From: an uncultured Nitrososphaeraceae archaeon
GTDB taxonomy: Archaea > Thermoproteota > Nitrososphaeria > Nitrososphaerales > Nitrososphaeraceae
DNA: 64,000 nt
Reading direction: 5' to 3'
Assembly (NCBI GenBank): GCA_963729045.1
Contig: CAVSMN010000007.1
Coordinates: forward strand, 32,001 to 96,000
The position numbers were made by a program, and so were the translations under genes. This document shows positions 19,889-29,867 of this stretch, in pieces. A model generated the notes under the pieces. It worked only from the letters and a program-made list of their open reading frames with translations. It searched no databases and was not told the origin of the DNA. How positions within the stretch are numbered: position 1 is the stretch's first letter; every line of letters starts with the position of its first letter.

Positions 19889-20917
19889 ATGAGCTGTTCT
19901 GGCGAAATATATTCTCACAGTAATACTGATACTGATCTTATTCAAATCACACCTGCTGCCAAACAAAAATTAAAAAAAGCCAAATATGGAGTTTTTAATC
20001 ATTCAGCCGTAGAATTATGCCATTGGACAAAAAAATCATTTTCAGATGGTGGCTCATGTTATAAGCACAAATTTTATGGAATATCTACTCATAGATGTAT
20101 GGAAATGACTCCTACAGCTCTAAATTGTGAGAATCGATGCATTTATTGTTGGAGACCAACCGAATTTTACGACACGATGGAGATGCCGGCCCATTTGGTT
20201 GATGATCCAGAAATAATTGTTCAGAACCTTTTAGAGGAACGACGAAAATTAATTGTTGGATATTATGGGAAGACAGGAGTTAATGTCTCTAAATTGGATG
20301 AATCTCTTTTTCCAGAACATTATGCAGTTTCTCTTTCAGGGGAACCAACTATGTATCCCAAATTGCCTGAGCTAATAAAATACTTATCAGGGCTGAAGGC
20401 CACAAAGTCTATATTTTTGGTAACTAATGGCCAAGAACCTGAAATGTTGTATAGGCTAGCCAACGAAAATGCATTACCAACTCAAATCTACTTGTCCACT
20501 AACGCGTCAAACAAGAATATGTTTTATAAAATAAATGGACCAAGGCATAGAAATGCATGGGAGAGATGGCTTCAAAGTCTTAGTTTTATGTCCCAAGTTA
20601 ACACCCGCACAGTCTTACGCTTTACGTTGATTCGAAATTTCAACGATAATCCTACATTTCTTAAGGATTTTGCCGAATTAGTTGAAATAGGAAATCCACA
20701 TTTTATTGAATTGAAATCATATATGCATATTGGAATGTCTACAAACAGGTTGGAAGAATTAAATATGTTGGAGATGGATGAAGTAAGGGCGTTTTCCAGC
20801 GGATTAAAAACCCACCTTGAAGACTACTCTATAATGGATGAAAGTATAGTATCTAGAATTGTTGTTTTGCAGAACAAATCTCGATTTATTTCAAGATGGA
20901 TAGAATCTCACCATTAG
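19889..20917 (+). CDS. taw1: tRNA 4-demethylwyosine synthase (radical SAM)
   Basis: HSAVELCHW, CYKHKFYGISTHRC, CENRCIYCWR, SLSGEPTMYP, IELKSYM. Confidence 0.93.
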   Translation: MSCSGEIYSHSNTDTDLIQITPAAKQKLKKAKYGVFNHSAVELCHWTKKSFSDGGSCYKHKFYGISTHRCMEMTPTALNCENRCIYCWRPTEFYDTMEMPAHLVDDPEIIVQNLLEERRKLIVGYYGKTGVNVSKLDESLFPEHYAVSLSGEPTMYPKLPELIKYLSGLKATKSIFLVTNGQEPEMLYRLANENALPTQIYLSTNASNKNMFYKINGPRHRNAWERWLQSLSFMSQVNTRTVLRFTLIRNFNDNPTFLKDFAELVEIGNPHFIELKSYMHIGMSTNRLEELNMLEMDEVRAFSSGLKTHLEDYSIMDESIVSRIVVLQNKSRFISRWIESHH

Positions 20918-20931
20918 TAAAGGCCTTGTGA

Positions 20932-21489
20932 TCATTTTGGTCTTGGGTTTAAATACCATTTCAGAAATTTGTCTAAAGCAACCTTTCTATGTGATATTTT
21001 ATTCTTTGTTTTCAAATCCATTTGACCGAACGTTAAATCCGAATTTTCCGGTACGAAAATCGGATCGAAACCCCAACCCCCGTTTGTAAGTTCGAGAGGG
21101 ATTTCGCCTTTTATCTCTCCAGTGAATGATTCAATTTTATGACCATCATGGAATGCAATTATAGATTTGAAACTCGCTTTTCTGTTTACTTTATTAGCTA
21201 GAAGGTCGAGAATACCTACATTTCCAATTGTTTTACTTACATACGAAGAATAAACACCCGGAAAATCATTTAGGGCTTCTATGAAAAGACCGTCATCTTC
21301 AACAAATATTTCTTTTTGATTAATCGTGAATGCTTGTAGGACTTTATTTTCTGCTACTTCCAATAAACTATCGGATTGAATTTCTCTCAGTTCCATCTTT
21401 TTAAATGTGACAATAATTGAATTCTTTCTGGTTGAAACTAAGTTATTTATTTCATTGTATTTGTTGATATTGCTACTTGCAAAATCCAT
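20932..21489 (-). CDS. rdgB: non-canonical purine NTP pyrophosphatase (HAM1/RdgB)
   Basis: FASSNINK, EDDGLFIEALNDFPGVYS, GWGFDPIF, SHR. Confidence 0.92.
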   Translation of the reverse strand: MDFASSNINKYNEINNLVSTRKNSIIVTFKKMELREIQSDSLLEVAENKVLQAFTINQKEIFVEDDGLFIEALNDFPGVYSSYVSKTIGNVGILDLLANKVNRKASFKSIIAFHDGHKIESFTGEIKGEIPLELTNGGWGFDPIFVPENSDLTFGQMDLKTKNKISHRKVALDKFLKWYLNPRPK

Positions 21490-21609
21490 ATCGTTATTTA
21501 ATGCGTTGTTTAATTTGATTTTACTGGGCTTTTTGTCCTTTCAGTTATCAAATTATTTAAGATAAAATATTAAATTTATATGCTGTTTTGAGATAAATTT
21601 TAGCTGTTT

Positions 21610-22653
21610 TTGAATATTGAGAATTTTCTACTAATGTTGGCTTGGCTGGGTGGGCTCATCTTGGCAAGCTGGGTACTTTCATACGGTGCGGAACATTTGT
21701 CTACCAGATTTGGAGCCAAGTTTGTAGGTAGAACCTTGCTGAGTGTCGCAACCACACTTCCAGAAATAGCAATAGTCATTTATGCAGCATCTGCGGGTCT
21801 CTATGAAGTTGCGATAGGTGCAGGGCTTGGAAGTAATATTTTGATGATGACTCTCGGTCTAGCATTAATGTTACTAATTGCAACTACCAGGTTATCAAAA
21901 GCACCGCTAAAGAGAATTGATGTTAGCACCTTCAAAATTGATAAATTGTTCCTATTGGTTTCTGCTTTAATAAGTGCAATTCTATTGCTTGACGGCTATA
22001 ATTTTATAGATGGTTTCATTTTTATTGGAATGTTTGTAGCCTACGTTTTAATAGCTTTTATAGAAATGAAGAGAGAACAAAAGAGCATCGAACCCGCTGT
22101 TGTTAAGACCGTGGAAGGGAAATCAGTTTCTGCTCCAGTTCATGTTTTAACTAATAAGAATGATATGACAAAAGCTATTTTGGCATTTCGCAGCAGGGAC
22201 CATTGGCATTTTGGTCGCTGCTGGTCCATTCATTGATTCTCTTCAGACTTTTTCTGAAGATATTGGAGTATCCACTATTGTTTTGGCAGTAATAATTAGT
22301 CCTATTGCTGGAGAAATGCCAGAAAAAATTTCTATGATGATATTAGCCAGGAAGGGGGCTGCTGGGGCTGCAATCGCTATTGCAAATGTTCTTGGGTCAA
22401 AAATACTAAATAATTCTCTCCTACTGGGTGTGGCAATCATAGCTGCCATGTATCATGGCGGGTTCTTTACTACCATTCCTAATAGCGAGATGTTATGGTT
22501 TCAGATGATGCTAGCTACTTCAATCACATTGTGGCGCTGATTCCACTGTTTAGGAGATATATTGGCATCCGTGTTGGAGTATTTCTCCTTGGACTCTACA
22601 TACTTAGCATAGTGATCCAATTTTTTGCTCCTGTAGAGATCAAACCCCATTAA
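21610..22653 (+). CDS. Na+/Ca2+ exchanger (CaCA) family protein (frameshifts ~22188, ~22530)
   Basis: Alpha-1 ATTLPE..GSN and alpha-2 AGEMPE..GSKILN repeats. A third frame VALIPLF...IKPH ends TAA 22653. Confidence 0.85.
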
Positions 22654-22663
22654 CTTTTTTTCA
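22654..22663 (+). terminator. oligo-T terminator candidate
   Basis: CTTTTTTTTC immediately after the stop codon. Confidence 0.4.
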
Positions 22664-22824
22664 TAATTAATTTATCTATGTATTATTTTCAATAATTACA
22701 AGTTAATATCAAAAATGTAGTAAAAAATTCGATATGATTGACGATATAATTTATGAATTGTTAAATTTTTATATAAAAATATTATGTGTAAATTTTAAAA
22801 ACAACCCCATACTAATACTTTCTA

Positions 22825-23313
22825 ATGAATTTTACTAAATATGCATTAGGGATGTTCGTTTTTGCAGGAATTATCTCTTTAATAGCCGGTAGTGGTGGAA
22901 ATTATTTCACCCAATCTGTAAATGCTCAATCTTTAGGTGAACAAGTTGGTAATAGTATAGGAGGAGCATTAGATGAAACAGGTGAAGCAGTAAGTAATGC
23001 AACAGAAAGTGCAAGCCAAGCAGCAAATAATACAGTGAAGTGAAATGGACAAGCTGGAGATAATGCAACAGAGAGCTTAAGCGGTGCAGCAAATGAAACA
23101 GGTCAAGCAGCCAATAATGCAACAGAAAGTGCAGGTCAAGCAGCAAATAATACAGCAAGCGAAACTGGACAAGCTGCAGATAATGCAACAAGCGGAAACA
23201 GCACAAATGCAACAGAATCCAAGAATCCATTGGAAATGCTAATGAATTTGTTCAAGGGACAATCAGTAGGAATCTATCCTTATCTCTTTTTTTACTTCTT
23301 TTTTGATTTGTAA
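22825..23313 (+). CDS. secreted low-complexity protein with 11-aa repeats (in-frame TGA at 23041 from probable compensating indels; 3' end uncertain, 23269 or 23313)
   Basis: Signal-peptide-like N-terminus ending VNAQ. ETGQAANNATE-type repeats continue in the same frame past the TGA. Confidence 0.7.
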
Positions 23314-23598
23314 AATATTTTATAAAATAAAATAATTGGTATTATATTAACATTAACATGAAGTGAGGATTCTTTATCAATCCAAGAAATAAAATGACCA
23401 CTCCGCGATGGTACAGAATCAAGCCTAGGATCTAATATAAAGGGCCTTTTTTCAGATAAATGCTTTAGATTTAATTTAGAATTTGGTTTTGGTAAGTGGG
23501 GTTTGTGATATCTGCTTTCTACAAAATAAGAAATAAAAAAATTGGTCTGAATATTTGATCGAATAAGTTATTTATTGTGGTTTATCACACCTTACCTA

Positions 23599-24481
23599 AT
23601 GGAGCTGGTTTATGATTATCCTTTATATCGTCCACCATCTGAATCACAATCTTTAATTTTTCAAGTTACATTAGGATGTTCATTCAACAAATGCTCATTT
23701 TGTAATATGTACAGAACAAAGGAGTATTCGGAACGGTCAATTGACGAAATTTACCAAGAAATTGATTTGATGGCTAATTATTATCCAGACACCAAGCGGA
23801 TCTTCTTGGCAGATGGTGACGCGCTAAACTTGGAAACAACCAAATTGATTCATATTCTCTCAAAGATACGAAAAAAATTCAACAACTTAGAAAGGATATC
23901 AAGTTACTCGATGCCCAAAAATTTATTGGAAAAATCACATACTGAGTTGGAATCCTTGCAAAAAGCAGGATTAGATATGGTTTATTTAGGCATCGAGAGT
24001 GGCAATAATACTGTACTTAAAAAAGTAACAAAGGGTGCAACGTCTACGATGATAGTTGATAGTTGTAAAAAGGCAAAGGACACTGGATTCATTCTATCAT
24101 GTATGATCATTTTAGGTCTAGGAGGAAAGAATTATTCCAAGGTGCATGCAGAAGATACATCCAAAATAATAAGCGAGATAGAGCCGAATTATATTGGAGC
24201 ATTAACTCTTTATATGGAACCTGAAATCGAGCAGGAGTTTTATACAAAGTTCAAAGAACCATTTCATCCCACTTGACGACCTTGGTGTATTAGATGAATT
24301 GAACAGTTTGATAAATGGTATAAATGTGAGTCGTGATGTGATTTTTAGGGCAAATCATGCTTCTAACGTATACTCTATTGGTGGTACACTCCCTAAGGAC
24401 AAGTCAGATATTTTACAGAAAATCGGATATTTAAAAGGGCATCCCGAATTACTAAAACCAAAGGTGTTAAGAAGATTCTAA
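23599..24481 (+). CDS. stand-alone radical SAM protein (frameshift ~24265)
   Basis: PLYRPPSE, CSFNKCSFCNMY, FLADGDAL, YLGIESG, then FRANHASN in the next frame. Confidence 0.88.
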
Positions 24482-24858
24482 ATAATAGAGTGACTCTGAG
24501 TAACTCAAGAAATATTATATCTTGACACAATAGGTCAGCCTCCAAAACAAAAAAATCCACATGATTAACTTCGTGTGAGAACCGCTGCAATTTACCTGTC
24601 AGAAACTTTAATTAGAAAAATATTGAGTTAAACCTATTGTATCTATTTTGATTGCATAGCAAGTTCAATTTTATTTTCGAATAGAGTTATGAGAGTGGAT
24701 GTGAATCTCAATGGCTGTATAGAGATATTGGTTTCATTTGCTAGTTAAGAAGCTGTTTACATTGATTATATTAAAATAGTTTTCCTCCATTTAGAATCAT
24801 TTTATTATTTCAAAATGTTTCCCTGATGAACCTTTGCATTTGTTCTTATTTAGATCAA

Positions 24859-24927
24859 TTGGGTCAGTTCGTCGCAGGGTCATCATTGTGATACTCAGAC
24901 TGGAGCAGCTAATTACTTCATCCCCAA
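24859..24927 (-). ncRNA. C/D-box methylation guide sRNA
   Basis: Minus strand: TTGGG-G-ATGAAGT (C)-16 nt-CTGA (D')-8 nt-ATGATGA (C')-12 nt-CTGA (D)-CCCAA, with a 5-bp terminal stem. Confidence 0.75.
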
Positions 24928-24992
24928 ATACATCTTTTTTCTGATGGTATTTAGACACCTTTATTCGTTTTAATTACTTTGCTGAAAGCAAT

Positions 24993-26149
24993 TCATAGGA
25001 TAATCAACTCTTTGTTAAAGGAATTAAAATTTAGCGAATCAAATCCTGAATCCAGTTTTTCCATTCTTCCTTTTACCTATGCATAAACTATCCTCTATTC
25101 TTACGCCGAATTTATTTTCCAAGTATATGCCAGGCTCTATAGTTATTGTCATATTTTCTTGGATGTGACTTGTTATTTTGGGTCTTATCCAAGGTGATTC
25201 ATGGACCTCTAGGCCGATGCCGTGACCAGTTGAGTGAATAAAATATTCTCCAAACCCTTCCTTTTGAATTATTTCTCTGCAGGCTGCATCAACCAATGCG
25301 AAATTATCAGTTTCCGATAATCGTCTAATTCCGTTTTCCTGAGCAACTTTTACAATGTCATAAACACTTTTCATCTTATTTGAAATTCTTCCTATTCCAA
25401 AAGTTCTGGTCGCATCAGAAACATAATGATCATAACTTAAAGTAATGTCTATTACTATGAATTCATCTTTCCTAATTATCCTCCTGGATGTCTCAGCATG
25501 CGGAAAAGAAGTTTGTGATCCACTTGCAATTATTAATGGGTTAGAGGTAAATTGATAAGAAGGAAATTTGGCACCCATTTTGAGGGCTTCATATACAAGT
25601 ATGGCCTGAATTTCTTCCTCAGACCATATTTACTTTAATTTCCTTGGTAGCAACTTCAAAAAGTTTATCAATTATATTAGAAGCTTTTCTTATCTTGTCA
25701 ATTTCCTGTGCATCTTTTATTTCCCTTAGTTTTTCTACCGGGTTATAGTCAACTACTAGATCCCTTTTGCCTATTTTTTTACCGAGTTCTTTGATGATGT
25801 GATGATTATTATTACTATAGAAAACGAAATAATTTTCATCTAATTGATTAAATAAAGAGTTAGTTAAGGTTTTGCCTCTTTCTGATGAAATCACATCACA
25901 ATCCTTGGACATTCTTAAAGCGCGTGAGTACTCTAGTTTTGGAACTATTAGTTTTGAATAAGTTTCAAATATGACTAAAATGCCTTCACCCCAAAAACCC
26001 GTAAGATAGAAAATGTCTTCGGGCTTATCAAGAATCATGGCCACCTTATTAGTATTCTTTTGTTTTTCTCTCTGAGTATTTATGAGTTTGATTAATTTCT
26101 CTCGCCTATTATGGTGCTGATTCAAATACCTCTCCCCATATGAGACCAA
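24993..26149 (-). CDS. Xaa-Pro aminopeptidase/prolidase, M24 family (frameshifts ~25625, ~25056)
   Basis: Creatinase N-domain (DIFYLTGF), SDATRT, HSTGHGIGLEVHE, TIEPGIY, GVRIED. The final frame ends KELIIL-TGA at 24993. Confidence 0.9.
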
Positions 26150-26193
26150 AACAAATGAATTACTTATAAATAACGGGTAGGCTTCCTGTATTT

Positions 26194-27339
26194 TTGAAAG
26201 TTGCCATGGAATATCTAGTAATGTTGCCAGGACCGACCAATGTTCCCAACAGAGTCATGAATGCTATGTTAGCTCCTATAATTAATCATAGAAGTGAAGA
26301 TTTTAGAATACTGTATAGATCGATAATAGAAAAAACTCAAAAGCTATTTCAGACACAAGGTGACATAGTATTATTATCTTCCTCTGGTACTGGTGCAGTA
26401 GAGGCATCAGTAGTAAACCTAATAAAAAAAGATGATAAGGTGGTAATTCCTGTAAACGGTGAATTTAGCACAAGATTAGCGGATTTGATTGATAGCTGGG
26501 GAGGGAAATCTATTAGAATCGAATCGCCATATGGTGAGAACCCTCCATTCGAAAAATTCGAAGAAGTTTTTGACAAACATAAGGATATCAAAGCGTTGTA
26601 TGCAGTTTACAATGAAACTTCAACAGGAACGACAATTAGGTATATGGACAAGTTAGGTGACCTGTGTTCCAGAAATGATTGTTTCTTTATCGCAGATTCA
26701 GTATCTATATTAGGTGGTGATGAGTTGCCCGTAGATAAGTGGAATATCGATTTATGTCTCACTGCTTCTCAAAAGGCTATAGCTGCTCCTCCTGGAGTTT
26801 CCCCGATTTCCATAAGTTCAAAGGCTAAAAAGTACATCCAAGAGAATTCTGCACCTATTCTCTATTTTAACCTCAAGAGATATTTTAAATATTATCAGGA
26901 ACATTATGAAACACCTTTTACTCCTGCATTACCCTTATGTTATGCTTATGATGAAGCCCTTAATCTAATATTTGAGGAGGGGTTAGCAAATAGGATTGAC
27001 CGACACAGAAGGTGTGCGGAGGCCTTCTACGAAGGTTTGGGAGCGATGGGATTGACTCCTTACGCGAAACTCGATGCACGCAGTAACGTCGTTATTGCTG
27101 TTAATTATTTGCCTGGAATAGACGACAAGAAATTTAGAGATATCTTGTCTAATGATTTTAAGATCCTAGTCGCAGGAGGGTTTGGAAACCTCAAAGGTAA
27201 AGTTTTTAGAATCGGATCAATGGGGGAAGTTAACAAATATCATGTCGTCAGGACATTGTCTGCCATAGAGTCTGCATTGAGAATGATGAACATCGATGTG
27301 CCATCTGGTGCCATCAACAAAGCCATTGCAAAATTATAA
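26194..27339 (+). CDS. class V PLP aminotransferase (serine/alanine-glyoxylate type)
   Basis: MLPGPT, NETSTG, DSVS, ASQKA (PLP lysine), FRIGSMG. Start is TTG 26194 or ATG 26206. Confidence 0.92.
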   Translation: MKVAMEYLVMLPGPTNVPNRVMNAMLAPIINHRSEDFRILYRSIIEKTQKLFQTQGDIVLLSSSGTGAVEASVVNLIKKDDKVVIPVNGEFSTRLADLIDSWGGKSIRIESPYGENPPFEKFEEVFDKHKDIKALYAVYNETSTGTTIRYMDKLGDLCSRNDCFFIADSVSILGGDELPVDKWNIDLCLTASQKAIAAPPGVSPISISSKAKKYIQENSAPILYFNLKRYFKYYQEHYETPFTPALPLCYAYDEALNLIFEEGLANRIDRHRRCAEAFYEGLGAMGLTPYAKLDARSNVVIAVNYLPGIDDKKFRDILSNDFKILVAGGFGNLKGKVFRIGSMGEVNKYHVVRTLSAIESALRMMNIDVPSGAINKAIAKL

Positions 27340-27397
27340 AACCCTAATTTTTGTTTTATTGTCAAACTTAATATAGGGAAAATTAATAGCGAATTTT

Positions 27398-28240
27398 ATG
27401 ACATTGGAAAAAGGTTCTCTTATTCTACTTGATTATACTGCTAAGATTAAAGATACTAATGAGATTTTTGAGACAACTAGAGCGGATGATGTTAAAAATA
27501 ACCCCGACTATGATCCAAATAAGAAATATGAACCGCGTTTATTGGGTGTGGGAGAAGGCTGGGTACTGAAAAGGCTTGGACGAAGCCTTACTAGAGTCAA
27601 GTACCGATACACCGCTAAATATTGAAATTCCGCCTGAAAAGGCATTTGGTGAACGAGATCCTTCTAAAGTCCGAATGATCCCGTTACGGAAACTAGGCGA
27701 AAAAGCAAATGAAGTAAGTATCGGAGATGTAATAGAATTAGATGATCGAATTGGAATCATCCGTTTTATTGGATCTGGACGAGTTCAAGTTGATTTTAAC
27801 CACAAATATGCAGGAAGGACTCTTGTATATTCTGCAAATATTGTAAAAAAACTGGAAGATGACAATGAAAAAATTTCAAACCTGATTAGGCGACGGTTGC
27901 CTATAGATTTAGCGGAAGTTAAATATGTAAATAAAGAATCTGATCTAGAAATATCTCTTCCTGAAAATACATTCTTGATAGAGGGTATTCAAATTATCAA
28001 AAGAGGAATATCTACAGATATTTTCAAATTTATTCCGTCCCTGAAATCCATAGTATTTTTGGAGAAGTACACCAATTCTGTTTCAACCGCGGAGAAACCC
28101 TCAGAAGCGGAAAATACTGATGCTAGTGTAGACAATGATACTAGTAATGATAGGATGCTGATAAGGATAAGAAAGAAAATACAGAGATCGATGACAAATC
28201 CGCAGAGGTCAGTACTAAATCTAAAAAGGAAAAATCCTAA
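27398..28240 (+). CDS. slyD: FKBP-type PPIase, long archaeal SlyD type, with acidic tail (frameshifts ~27570, ~28150)
   Basis: LDYTAK..EIFETT, IPPEKAFGERDP, VDFNHKYAGRTL. The tail reads DADKDKKENTEIDDK to TAA 28240 in the alternate frame. Confidence 0.85.
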
Positions 28241-28279
28241 CTTTATTATTGTCATTGATACGCGATATAGAAATCTTTT

Positions 28280-29353
28280 TTAATCTAAAATCCCTAATTC
28301 ATCTAGAATGTCTTGATATTTTGACGGACTATAATCAAGCCTATTCAAGATGGTGTACCTTTCAGGTCGGATTTTCTTTGCAAGCAATAATGCTTCTACT
28401 AATTGATCTTTATCAACATTTATTCCCTTAGAGGTCGTGGGAGCACCAATTCTTTTTAGTGCATCTTTAATTTCTAACCAATCTAAATTATGTAATTTGG
28501 CCATTATGATAGTTCCAATCCCTACCCTTTCACCATGTAATCCGCACTTATTTTCAGTTATGTATTCTAGTGCATGGCTAAAGAGATGCTCTGACCCTGA
28601 GCACGGCCTGCTACTTCCAGCTATACCTGCCGCTACTCCAGAACTTATTAATCCTTCAACTATAGTCCTTGTTAATTGAACGGTAATTTCATTTTTGATA
28701 ATTTTCTTTGAAATATCTATAACCATTCTAGATCCTAGATGGGCCAGCTTTGCTGCATATTCGCCATAGTACTCGTTATTATAATCTCTTGCTAGTTCCC
28801 AATCCTTGATAGCAGTTGTCTTTGCAATCAAATCTCCGCATCCACTGGCGATTAGCCTATAGGGGGCGTTTGAAATAATGTCTAAATCTCCTATAATCTC
28901 AATAGGTGTATCTGCCTTTATAGAATAAGGTCTATCATTTCCCTTAAGCGAGACAAAAGGACTAGATATTCCATCATGTGATGCTGATGTGGGGATACTG
29001 ACAAACGAGACTCTCAGCCTCGTCGCTATCATTTTTCCTAGATCTATACATCTACCTCCTCCCAGGCCTATAATGATGGAGATGTTCCTATCATTTAGTA
29101 GATTCGTAATCGAGTCGACTTGTTGGAATGATGCTTCTTTTGCAATTATCCATTCAAATTGGAGATTACTTTCAGCTAAACTCTCTTCTATAATCCCTGC
29201 TGTTTTATTTTTAACATTTTTACCAGTTATGATCGCAATTTTATTAATATTTTGGTCACTATTTTTGATGAACTCTCCTGAATTCCTTAAAATATTGTTC
29301 CCTATTATTACCTTCCTAGGTAACTGCATTACATGAGTCAAGCGGTAACTCAT
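28280..29353 (-). CDS. egsA: glycerol-1-phosphate dehydrogenase
   Basis: GLGGGRCID, PTSASHDG, GSSRPCSGSEHLFSHA, LHGERVG, RPERYTIL. Confidence 0.95.
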   Translation of the reverse strand: MSYRLTHVMQLPRKVIIGNNILRNSGEFIKNSDQNINKIAIITGKNVKNKTAGIIEESLAESNLQFEWIIAKEASFQQVDSITNLLNDRNISIIIGLGGGRCIDLGKMIATRLRVSFVSIPTSASHDGISSPFVSLKGNDRPYSIKADTPIEIIGDLDIISNAPYRLIASGCGDLIAKTTAIKDWELARDYNNEYYGEYAAKLAHLGSRMVIDISKKIIKNEITVQLTRTIVEGLISSGVAAGIAGSSRPCSGSEHLFSHALEYITENKCGLHGERVGIGTIIMAKLHNLDWLEIKDALKRIGAPTTSKGINVDKDQLVEALLLAKKIRPERYTILNRLDYSPSKYQDILDELGILD

Positions 29354-29408
29354 TTATTCATAAATAATTGAGAAAATTTGTGAAAAAAACTAGAAAAGTT
29401 TTTTAAGG

Positions 29409-29756
29409 TTATTCTTCAGGTTTAGCTTCTACCAAATCTGCTGTAGCATAACCTCTTCCTACTCGAGTAATCTTAACTTTGACTTTGTCTCCTACTTTCG
29501 TATTCGGAACGAAAATTACTAATCCTTGAATCCTTCCTACACCTGCATCCCCTCTTTTACTCATAGATTCTATATCTATCTCGTGTTCTTCTCCTGCATT
29601 TACTGGAGATGGCTTAAAAAATCTATTGTAGCTACCGCCTCCATTGCCATTACTGCCTCCATTGCTATTACTCCTATTATTGGGGTATCTTCTTTGACCA
29701 TTGTCACCTTGTGAAATTTGTTCTATTCCTGATGGTTGTGATTCACTGTTTTCCAA
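29409..29756 (-). CDS. TRAM-domain RNA chaperone with low-complexity N-terminus
   Basis: PVNAGEE..IDIESMSKRGDAGVGRIQGLVIFVP..KVGDKVKVKI. Confidence 0.9.
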   Translation of the reverse strand: MENSESQPSGIEQISQGDNGQRRYPNNRSNSNGGSNGNGGGSYNRFFKPSPVNAGEEHEIDIESMSKRGDAGVGRIQGLVIFVPNTKVGDKVKVKITRVGRGYATADLVEAKPEE

Positions 29757-29867
29757 ACTATATCAGTACACTACTATAATATTATTGGATATTTCAACTT
29801 TGATATTATGAGATCACAGAAATAGGTAAATTATGTTAAAATACTTTTTTATTTATTAAAATACTGT

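Noticed and set aside
23041..23043. In-frame TGA as selenocysteine or readthrough
   Set aside because: The repeat alignment explains it as compensating indels, the context is not a Cys-homologous site, and no SECIS is visible.
23360..23425. Possible C/D sRNA (GTGAGGA...ATGACCA...CAGA)
   Set aside because: All boxes are degenerate and there is no convincing terminal stem.
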